NCBI GenBank assembly: GCA_030614005.1
Contig: JAUWKS010000019.1
Span: 25,090-57,089, forward strand
DNA from: Candidatus Heimdallarchaeota archaeon
GTDB taxonomy: Archaea > Asgardarchaeota > Heimdallarchaeia > JABLTI01
Direction of reading: 5' to 3'
Length of the DNA: 32,000 nucleotides
Part shown: one piece after another, positions 16,536-24,405 of the stretch
Layout: each line of letters opens with the position of its first letter
Numbering within the stretch: position 1 is the first letter of the stretch
The notes under the pieces: model-generated
Database searches by the model: none
Told to the model about the DNA's origin: nothing
The model's input: the letters and a program-made list of their open reading frames with translations, nothing else
Position numbers and translations under genes: made by a program

Positions 16536-17432
16536 TTAAAACCAAATTGCAAAATGCTCTAGTATCATTCTAGAACCTTCTTCAAGTGATTTAGCAGAAA
16601 TCATATAATGAACTAACTCAGTCTCCTCTATCGATAATGCTGCTTCAACCAAAACTGTTGCATAGCCAATTCTAGCAAGTTTTCCACGAGCATTTAGACT
16701 ATAAGAATCTCCTGACTTTTGTAGAAGAGGAGAAAGTCTTGGAATCGCATCAGGTAGTTCACCTAGATGAATTTCACCAACTCTATCAAAGATGTAATCT
16801 TTGATTTGGTCTGTTGAAACTTTTTTCGGAGCACCAGCAATAAACTCGAATATTCTTTGCGTTACAAAACTTGCATCATCTCGTTTAGCATAAAAATGAT
16901 TTTCGAAATCTCGTATAGTTAATCTATTGTTAACTACACTATCGGTTATGAGACTCAATTCGTTCTCCAATGCCTCATCCCAATCTTCGAAACCACCGAT
17001 TGTAAGGAAGTTCACTGCACTACAACGTAATGAAGTTTGAAGCACTAACAAAGCATTGCCAAGTGGTGTAAGATTGTAATGAGAATGAACACCACCGAAT
17101 CCAGTCCAAGCCATCCCATCTGATGGCCCTTCTTTCTCACGAACCATTATACCATTTTCTCTGAAAATCTTGAGAAAACGTTCGAAACCCTTGACTCCTT
17201 TTCCTTTCACGCGCTTTGAAACAAGTGTAGTTAATTCCTTAACTCGGCTAAAACGATTGATATCTTTAGAACCGAAATACAATTCAAGCTTCTTGTCGTA
17301 ATTGAAAAATCGAGCACGATTAATTGGTTCTTCAAGATAAGGAATTAAAGAAGCTGAAAGAAGTATCACGAAACTTGATTCACTATCGGTTTCTTTAATC
17401 ATCTTTTGAGTTATTTCTCTAACTTCACTCAT
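16536..17432 (-). CDS. Hypothetical protein, probably two winged-helix domains
   Basis: Clean 298-aa ORF. Wing motifs YNLTPLG (119-125) and YSLNARG (244-250), each preceded by helix-turn-helix-like segments. Confidence 0.6.
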   Translation of the reverse strand: MSEVREITQKMIKETDSESSFVILLSASLIPYLEEPINRARFFNYDKKLELYFGSKDINRFSRVKELTTLVSKRVKGKGVKGFERFLKIFRENGIMVREKEGPSDGMAWTGFGGVHSHYNLTPLGNALLVLQTSLRCSAVNFLTIGGFEDWDEALENELSLITDSVVNNRLTIRDFENHFYAKRDDASFVTQRIFEFIAGAPKKVSTDQIKDYIFDRVGEIHLGELPDAIPRLSPLLQKSGDSYSLNARGKLARIGYATVLVEAALSIEETELVHYMISAKSLEEGSRMILEHFAIWF

Positions 17433-17554
17433 GAAATCACATTCAAATCTTAATTGAATACAATACTAAAATTGTAAAATGGACATAAAAACGATTCCAT
17501 ATAACAATCAATGACTATTTGAGGAAAAAAAGAATAAATTCGGAAAAAGAAGGA

Positions 17555-18508
17555 CTACTCTTTTTCGTCTTTAGACTTTAGAATTTCTGTTGTGGAAAGA
17601 TCTTCGGCTATTTCAGTGGTTATTGAAGAATCATTTTCATCCGAATCTTCTTCGGGGCCATCCTCTTTTAGTTTCAGTTTCTTCTTATGTTGATTTACAT
17701 AGTATATGACATTTGATAAAACAAACATCAATACAAGAACCCCGAAAATAATGAAGAATATTGTATTAAAATGACCTGCTGTAGCTTCAATTTCCTCTTG
17801 AGTTAATTCCAAAAGATGTTCTACTGGATTATTACCTAGAAGTTGAACTCCTAAAATGGAATAGAAAATCGCACGAGGTATTGACCCAATGAATGTTGCT
17901 AGGAAATATTGTTTATCTTTTACATTTGCTATACCAGCTGCATAGCTTATTGGATCAAACATAATTACTGGTACGGCTCTACCAATGATAATTGCCCAGA
18001 TTCCCCATCTTTTAATCCACACATCGAAAATATATATTGTACGATCAATAATGCCTGATTTCTTACCAGCAGCATCAACTATTGATCGTCCGCCTCGCTT
18101 TGAAAGATAAAAAGTGATTGCTGCACTAAACATAGAACCAATAACACCAATCAGTGAGCCCCAATAGTAACCGAATAACATACCACCTGATAAAAGAATT
18201 AGTTCCGATGGAATTGGTGCAAAAAGACTTTGAAGAACCATTACAGCTAAGAACATAACAATACGCCAAACAATATGTATTTTCAAAATGGGTGCAATAA
18301 ACCAATCACGAACAATTGTAAAGAGGAATGTTTCTTCAACAATGATGACTACTAATAAACCCACAGAGATAAGCATTATAATGATAAATATTATTGCAAG
18401 CACAATTCGATCTTTCGTCCAAGTAAATGTTCTGGATTCCTTAGTGATTTTAGCGCCATTGTCAGCAATAATACCATTTTGTTCTATTGTTGTATCAATT
18501 TCATCCAT
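17555..18508 (-). CDS. TVP38/TMEM64 (DedA/VTT, SNARE-associated) family membrane protein
   Basis: QSLFAPIPSE, GGMLFG..WG, GRAVPVIMFDPISYAAG, YFLATFIGSIP; acidic C-terminal tail. Confidence 0.9.
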   Translation of the reverse strand: MDEIDTTIEQNGIIADNGAKITKESRTFTWTKDRIVLAIIFIIIMLISVGLLVVIIVEETFLFTIVRDWFIAPILKIHIVWRIVMFLAVMVLQSLFAPIPSELILLSGGMLFGYYWGSLIGVIGSMFSAAITFYLSKRGGRSIVDAAGKKSGIIDRTIYIFDVWIKRWGIWAIIIGRAVPVIMFDPISYAAGIANVKDKQYFLATFIGSIPRAIFYSILGVQLLGNNPVEHLLELTQEEIEATAGHFNTIFFIIFGVLVLMFVLSNVIYYVNQHKKKLKLKEDGPEEDSDENDSSITTEIAEDLSTTEILKSKDEKE

Positions 18509-18677
18509 TTTACATTCACCAATAATATTAGGAGTTACTTTCGCTTTATTTTAAGTATATTCCTATAAATACTATGGCAATAACTCACCTTGGTTATTAA
18601 AAGAAAAAGCTATTAAAAGTTTTAAAAGGAGCATCAAAAAACATCAAACAGTAATTAATTCATAAGTGTTGGTTCAA

Positions 18678-19730
18678 ATGACTTTACAAGCATTACTTAA
18701 AAAAAAGGATTTAACGTATCTCTTCCTTGGGGGAAAAGGTGGTGTGGGGAAAACAATAGCTGCTTCAGCTATTAGTATAAAATTAGCAAAACATTTTGAT
18801 AAGGTACTTGTTGTAAGTACAGATCCAGCACATTCACTCTCCGATTGTTTTGATCAAGATTTATCAGGTGGGGAAGCTGTTAGAATTGATAAAGTGCCTG
18901 GAAATCTCTTTGGGATGGAGTTAGATGCTGAAAAGGGTATGGAGAGTTTTAAAGAGTTAAGCTCTATGGGAATGCCAGGTGCCCAAGATATGGGCGGCAT
19001 GGGCATGCCAGGTTTTGGCACTACACCTAACACTACAGAAGGAATGCCTGGAGGAGCTCCTCAAATGCCAGGTTTAGATGCTTTAGGATTAGGTTCTGAT
19101 TTACTTGGTGATAGTATCCCTCCAGGTTCAGATGAAGCATTTGCTTTTAGTAAATTGCTTGAATTAATTGAAACAAACGAATATGATTTAGTTGTTTTTG
19201 ATACTGCTCCAACAGGTCATACGCTTAGATTTCTTTCACTTCCAGATTATCTTGACAGCTTTATTGGTAGAATGCTCAAAATGAGAATGCGTTTTGGCAA
19301 TCTCTTTAAGGGAATCCGGAACCTCTTTTCCGGCGGAGCAGGTGAAGAAGGTGTTGAGGATAATTCTATGGAAATGTTAGAAACACTCAAGAAAACAATT
19401 ACTAAAGCTCGAATAGAATTAGCAGATGATACAAAAACAGAATTCATTCCTGTAACAATACCTACAATGATGGCTTTATATGAAACTGAAAGATTGATCA
19501 CTTCATTGAAAGAATATGGTATACCTGTGGAACACATTATTGTAAATCAATTAATACCTTCCAGCAAAGATTGTCCATTCTGCGCAAAAAGATTCGAAAT
19601 TCAAGAAAAAACGATGTTAACATTGAAACAATATTTCGGTGAATTTATTCAAACGAATGTTCCAATGGTACCACAAGAAATCCGTGGTATAGAACAATTA
19701 ACATTGCTTGCAGAAGTATTATTCAAATAA
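18678..19730 (+). CDS. ArsA/Get3 (TRC40)-family ATPase, Get3-type
   Basis: GGKGGVGKT, STDPAHSLSD, PPGSDEA, DTAPTGHTLRFL, CPFC dimerisation motif, Met-rich inserts. Single domain. ATG at 18678 (GTG at 18666 is an alternative). Confidence 0.92.
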   Translation: MTLQALLKKKDLTYLFLGGKGGVGKTIAASAISIKLAKHFDKVLVVSTDPAHSLSDCFDQDLSGGEAVRIDKVPGNLFGMELDAEKGMESFKELSSMGMPGAQDMGGMGMPGFGTTPNTTEGMPGGAPQMPGLDALGLGSDLLGDSIPPGSDEAFAFSKLLELIETNEYDLVVFDTAPTGHTLRFLSLPDYLDSFIGRMLKMRMRFGNLFKGIRNLFSGGAGEEGVEDNSMEMLETLKKTITKARIELADDTKTEFIPVTIPTMMALYETERLITSLKEYGIPVEHIIVNQLIPSSKDCPFCAKRFEIQEKTMLTLKQYFGEFIQTNVPMVPQEIRGIEQLTLLAEVLFK

Positions 19731-19794
19731 AAGATAAAATAAATGTTAGCTATGATCCTTAAATCATAGTGAACAATTTTTTTTGATTGTGATT

Positions 19795-20052
19795 TTATTC
19801 AATGGGTGCTCTTATTGTTGCAATAGAATTATCTTGGATCCCTTTGACAAGCAAGTCCTCAGGATTACCATAGATCTTATCTTCCTCTACAGTAGTTTTG
19901 GTGCGAACTTTGAAAATAAATCGTCTCTTGGCAACTACAATCTCTACTTTAGTTTTAATTTCCAATTCCTCTTTCAGCTTGGTATGAATTACAAGCTCAT
20001 CTTCCTTTGCAGTTTCATCATGTAAAATTCTTAATCGTCTTTCTTTTACCAT
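19795..20052 (-). CDS. Small stand-alone double-psi beta-barrel-like (CDC48_N-like) protein
   Basis: 85 aa from the ATG at 20052. Two-fold internal similarity (ETAKEDELVIHTKLKEELEI vs TTVEEDKIYGNPEDLLVKGI) and a terminal GI.D....TIR as in DPBB domains. Confidence 0.55.
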   Translation of the reverse strand: MVKERRLRILHDETAKEDELVIHTKLKEELEIKTKVEIVVAKRRFIFKVRTKTTVEEDKIYGNPEDLLVKGIQDNSIATIRAPIE

Positions 20053-20191
20053 ACTATTCAACACTTTCAAGTTTACTATTTTTTTGTTATTAGAATTACT
20101 AAGTTCTAAATTCTTTAATTAACCTTTGCTAAAAAAACAGACAAAAAAAGGTCAAAGATAGATTAAAAAGAATAAAAGAAAAAGGAAAAAA

Positions 20192-21715
20192 TTACATTCC
20201 TTTCTGTGTTTTTCTTCGTCCCTTGTATGTTACAAAAGTAACTATTAATGGAATAACAGTAAAGAGAACTACTCCGGCACTAATACCAAAAGCAATCCAC
20301 CACTGTGTAGATAAATCAATCGCAGGCACATTAAACAAAATAGTAAGTTCAATGATACCCGAATAGGTTATTTGATCCACTACAGAGAGAAGAGTTAATT
20401 GATTTATGTAGGAGAAAGTAACTTTAGTTGGTTCAAATTTGAAGCTTCCTAGAATGATAGGAGTAACAGTATAATTTAGAATAGCATTTTCTCCTTGAGC
20501 TAACTCAGTTATTATCCATATTTCTAAGAAATCAGTTTCGAATACCCATTCATTGAAAGCTGTTTCCTCGATTGTGATATTAACTGCAAGAACCGAACCA
20601 ATATTCGTTACATTGATTAGTATATTAATAGGTTCATCCGTTGTGTTGAATACTTCTAATTTGTTGTAGTATCTTTCCACAAGATCACCATTTATATCCT
20701 CTTCAAGAACCACGAAGAATTTTTGAACGCTAATCAAAGGTATTTTCAGGGTCCAATCATCACCATCGTATATTGGTAAATACAATTTTATAGTTGGACT
20801 ATTGGAAGTAAATTCTTTAACGGTTCCATTGGCTATATATGTGACTGATATTTCACAAGAATCGAGAGTGTATGTTCCGTTATCTAATGGAGTTATCTGA
20901 TAGGAATAGGTGTATTCTTTGTTAGGTTGTAGTAAAGAAGTATTAAATTCAAAAATCGATGAGTTATCATAAGTAAAGTCGGGACTGGCATCAGCATCAA
21001 TACCTGTAAGATTAATATCATATGGAATGAAATTTTTGATTACTATTTTTACTGTTACGTTGACAACTTCTTCTTGCAAGACAAAAGCCTGTCTTCCATC
21101 GAAGGTAGTAGCACCATCTATAACAAAGTATTTTTGGACCCTAACTGTTGGGGCAATCTCGAATACTCGAAATTCTATTTCATTTGAATAACTAACATCA
21201 TCTGTTCCATTACCCCATTCGTAAGTCATATTTGATGCACTAAAAGTAAAGAATTCTTCACTGATAATAGCATCGTAGTAATCTTCTTCAAATCCAATTG
21301 TATAGGAAACACTCTTAGATTGACCCGGATTAATATCACCAAAAAATTGTGAACCGTTACCTAACATAGTAAACCATTCTACATCATAGAAAGATTCACT
21401 AATGATTTCGCGCATATCTGTGACATTTATTTCAGGTGAGAGCAAACTAGCATTATAAAGAATTTCACCAGCAGTGTTTGTTACTTCAATAATGACTGAG
21501 AAAGTTTCCTCGGTGTAAGTATTATAGAATTCAAGCAAACTACCATTGGATGCAACTATTCTCTTGGTTATTTCGACAGCGGTGCTATGAGGAGTGAAAG
21601 TTATAGGATCTTCAATAGCAGCTGCTTTTGTCTCAGTAGGTGAGATAAATTGAACTGACGTTATAAATACCATTGCAAGGATTATGAATACTGCTGAGAG
21701 TTTCTTTGAATTCAA
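20192..21715 (-). CDS. Type I membrane glycoprotein with three TRAP-beta/BatD-like Ig domains
   Basis: Signal peptide; three repeats starting V.(I/V).K; C-terminal TM WWIAFG...IPL followed by KGRRK; about 16 N-x-S/T sequons; TTG start after GAGG. Confidence 0.75.
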   Translation of the reverse strand: MNSKKLSAVFIILAMVFITSVQFISPTETKAAAIEDPITFTPHSTAVEITKRIVASNGSLLEFYNTYTEETFSVIIEVTNTAGEILYNASLLSPEINVTDMREIISESFYDVEWFTMLGNGSQFFGDINPGQSKSVSYTIGFEEDYYDAIISEEFFTFSASNMTYEWGNGTDDVSYSNEIEFRVFEIAPTVRVQKYFVIDGATTFDGRQAFVLQEEVVNVTVKIVIKNFIPYDINLTGIDADASPDFTYDNSSIFEFNTSLLQPNKEYTYSYQITPLDNGTYTLDSCEISVTYIANGTVKEFTSNSPTIKLYLPIYDGDDWTLKIPLISVQKFFVVLEEDINGDLVERYYNKLEVFNTTDEPINILINVTNIGSVLAVNITIEETAFNEWVFETDFLEIWIITELAQGENAILNYTVTPIILGSFKFEPTKVTFSYINQLTLLSVVDQITYSGIIELTILFNVPAIDLSTQWWIAFGISAGVVLFTVIPLIVTFVTYKGRRKTQKGM

Positions 21716-21840
21716 TAGTAGACCTCAATTGTTATCTTATTCTGCACTATTTCGGTTTTACTTTGATATTAAAAAGCTTTCTTTTAGCTTTGTTTCTACC
21801 CAATTCCAATTTTACTTAATAAAATATTTTTCCTTCTATT

Positions 21841-22497
21841 TCAATACATTTGTTTGAGATTACTGTTAGTTTGGAGAAAAGGATACCCAATCTCATCCAA
21901 AATATTGGTTAATCTACTAAGAGGAAGTCCCATAACATTGTAGAAACAACCATCAATGTGATCAATTAACGCTGCACCAATCCCTTGAACAGCATATGCA
22001 CCTGCTTTATCCAATATATGCTCAGAGGCAATATAAGCTCGAATTCTGCTTTCGGAACAAGAAATCATACTCACTAAAGTTTTCTCGACACCGGTATACA
22101 AACGATCAGCATCAAAGTCGTATAAACATAAACCTGTGTAAACTTCATGAACGTTCCCAGTTAATCTCTTTAGCATTTCAATTGCATCGTCTAAGGAGGA
22201 GGGTTTGCCAATGATCTCATCATTAAGTACTACAATTGTATCTGCGCCTAAAACTAAAGCACCCTTCTTTTTTGAAAGGGCTAACGTTTTTGCAACACAC
22301 ATTGCTTTTTGACAAGCTACCTGTAAGATACTTTCTTCTATTGATTGTTGTTTTTTATCTTCATCAGAAGATTTTGTAGCATTGTTTTTTACCAGACCTT
22401 CTTCTTCTTTGCAAGGAATGACAGTATGAGAAATTCCAATAAGAGTAAGCAATTCATGACGTCTTGGCGATGCAGAAGCTAAGATAATTTCTTTCAT
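21841..22497 (-). CDS. maf: Maf family (YhdE-like) nucleoside triphosphate pyrophosphatase
   Basis: IILASASPRR.ELL, GADTIV, GKP, DKAGAYAVQG, GCFYNVMGLP; ATG at 22497 after GTGA. Confidence 0.95.
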   Translation of the reverse strand: MKEIILASASPRRHELLTLIGISHTVIPCKEEEGLVKNNATKSSDEDKKQQSIEESILQVACQKAMCVAKTLALSKKKGALVLGADTIVVLNDEIIGKPSSLDDAIEMLKRLTGNVHEVYTGLCLYDFDADRLYTGVEKTLVSMISCSESRIRAYIASEHILDKAGAYAVQGIGAALIDHIDGCFYNVMGLPLSRLTNILDEIGYPFLQTNSNLKQMY

Positions 22498-22523
22498 AAT
22501 ACTCACAACGATAAAGCATTAAT

Positions 22524-22540
22524 TATTAAATGATTTAATA
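22524..22540. promoter_or_regulatory. Palindrome TATTAAAT-G-ATTTAATA in the divergent maf / coiled-coil gene spacer
   Basis: Perfect 8+1+8 palindrome flanked by AAAGCA/TGCTTT; overlaps the TATA-like element of maf. Confidence 0.4.
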
Positions 22541-22682
22541 TGCTTTTGATGTTTCTGAGCGAAACATATTTTATATTTTAGGAAACTATTCATTACTAAA
22601 TATTAAAATTACATTACAGAATGAATAATACTAAACATAGATTTCTTCGCTGTAAAAACTATCAATTAGGGGATCAAAACAT

Positions 22683-24266
22683 TTGGTTAAAATAGAAATT
22701 CAGTTAGAAAATTTCGGTAAAGATTATATCTTAGCTTTATTAGAGGAATTAGACAATAGAAAAAAGAAACGGGATATCAATGATGATTTATATGAGACGC
22801 TAAAGAAAAGGTATTATCACGTTTTAGAATCAGCAGAAGAGAAATCGTTTATTCGAAATGGTTTTGCAACTTACGAAGCAATTATACCTGACCTCGAAAC
22901 TATCAACGTAAATGTTCAAAGTTTTATGACAAGACTGGAAAATATAGAAGAAGAAAAGAAAAGTGTACGAGCACGGTTCAAAAAACTGGATGATCTAACA
23001 GGAAAGGGTAGCATTACAGAATCAGCAGCTAAGAGTAAAAAAAGAGAATATGAAACGTTATTGTTAACAATTGAAGACAAAAGAGAAACATTAATTCAAG
23101 GAATACCAAAATCATTGGAATTAATTGAACAACTGAATGACGTTTTAAACCAAAATATTGAGGAACTTGCGGTCGATGCAGCATTGGATGCATCAAAAAA
23201 GAAGGAATTGGATTTAGAGAGAAAACGATTGCTTAAAATTCAAAAGAATACTCAATCTGTAGCAAAGAAATTATCAAAAATAGCTGCTGTAGAGTTTAAG
23301 CAAGAAGAATGGGTTAAACCGAAGAAAGAAACCAAACGAGAAACTGTTGCTATACCTCAACCAAAGGCTGTACCAATTCAAACTCAAGCTCCAAGTGTAA
23401 CACATGAACCAACACGACCACCTCCCGGAGAGGATATTTGGATCAAATGGAAAGGCATCACTATTGGAAAATTAATTGGGGATATAAACATCATTGGGAG
23501 TAATTTTGGAGTAATAGCAACAAATAGACCATCCCTAGCAATAATTCGCGATATTGCTGTAGTAGGACCTTCAAGATTACGATCATCCTCAAATCCTAAA
23601 GTAATTGAAGATAGATTACAACAATTAATAGTAGATGCTTACGGAGTGGATAAGGAACATGCGCTTTATCCTGAAAATGTTGTAAAATATTCTATTGATA
23701 ATAAAATCGGAATTGATTTATTAAAATTGATTAATTCTTATTTCGCTTCAGTTCCTGTGAGTGCAATCAATTATATTAATAATCAACCAATTCTAAATCA
23801 AAACTCTCAAGTGTTAACTCTAGCAGAAAATGCAGGGCTATTAGGACGGAGAGTGCTAGCACCAGACAGATCATTAGTAGGTGTTATTCACGAATTATAC
23901 TTTGACCCAACTTCTCTGGAATTATACACATTTGCTTTCAAAGGTGTACCACCACCAATAATTAGAAAAATATATCACGACACTCATAATAGAACACTTT
24001 CAGAAGGAAATTTCAGTAATTTCCGAAATGAAATATCCAAGAAATTGTCAATACCAATTTATGAAGCATTAACTCCATCGAGTATGATTCGGTATTGCCT
24101 TCATAGTGGGCAAATAGCAAATATGAATCAATTGGTAACAGTAGTTGATAGTATGAACCCTAGGATTTCAAAAGTAAGAGACATAACGTCCGTTTCATCT
24201 CAAGGAGTGTTTCTTTCGAGATTTCCACAGAACTCATTACCAAGGATTGAGTATGTAAAATTTTAA
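22683..24266 (+). CDS. Hypothetical protein: CdvA-like coiled coil, Pro-rich linker, two PRC-barrel-like repeats
   Basis: aa 15-205 helical and charged; aa 215-249 Pro/Thr/Gln-rich; aa 249-371 and 386-511 are internal repeats, the second with a clear PRC pattern (LLGRRVLAPDRSLVGVIHELYFDP). TTG start after GGGGA. Confidence 0.6.
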   Translation: MVKIEIQLENFGKDYILALLEELDNRKKKRDINDDLYETLKKRYYHVLESAEEKSFIRNGFATYEAIIPDLETINVNVQSFMTRLENIEEEKKSVRARFKKLDDLTGKGSITESAAKSKKREYETLLLTIEDKRETLIQGIPKSLELIEQLNDVLNQNIEELAVDAALDASKKKELDLERKRLLKIQKNTQSVAKKLSKIAAVEFKQEEWVKPKKETKRETVAIPQPKAVPIQTQAPSVTHEPTRPPPGEDIWIKWKGITIGKLIGDINIIGSNFGVIATNRPSLAIIRDIAVVGPSRLRSSSNPKVIEDRLQQLIVDAYGVDKEHALYPENVVKYSIDNKIGIDLLKLINSYFASVPVSAINYINNQPILNQNSQVLTLAENAGLLGRRVLAPDRSLVGVIHELYFDPTSLELYTFAFKGVPPPIIRKIYHDTHNRTLSEGNFSNFRNEISKKLSIPIYEALTPSSMIRYCLHSGQIANMNQLVTVVDSMNPRISKVRDITSVSSQGVFLSRFPQNSLPRIEYVKF

Positions 24267-24405
24267 TTCTAATGATTATGTGGAAGGAAAAAATTTTCGA
24301 CCTTTTTGTACAAATGAATATTACTTTTTTAGTGATAGATAGTTTTGAGAACACAAATTGTTAATTTAGAATTATTTAATAAATAAAAAGAGGATAATAT
24401 CTATT

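Noticed and set aside
18678-19730. Arsenite-efflux ArsA assignment
   Set aside because: Single domain, no arsB/arsD/arsR nearby, TRC40-type insert and CxxC present.
16001-20025. ORFs 16001..16399, 18288..18554, 19247..19537 and 19783..20025
   Set aside because: Antisense to GNAT, DedA, Get3 and the DPBB-like gene.
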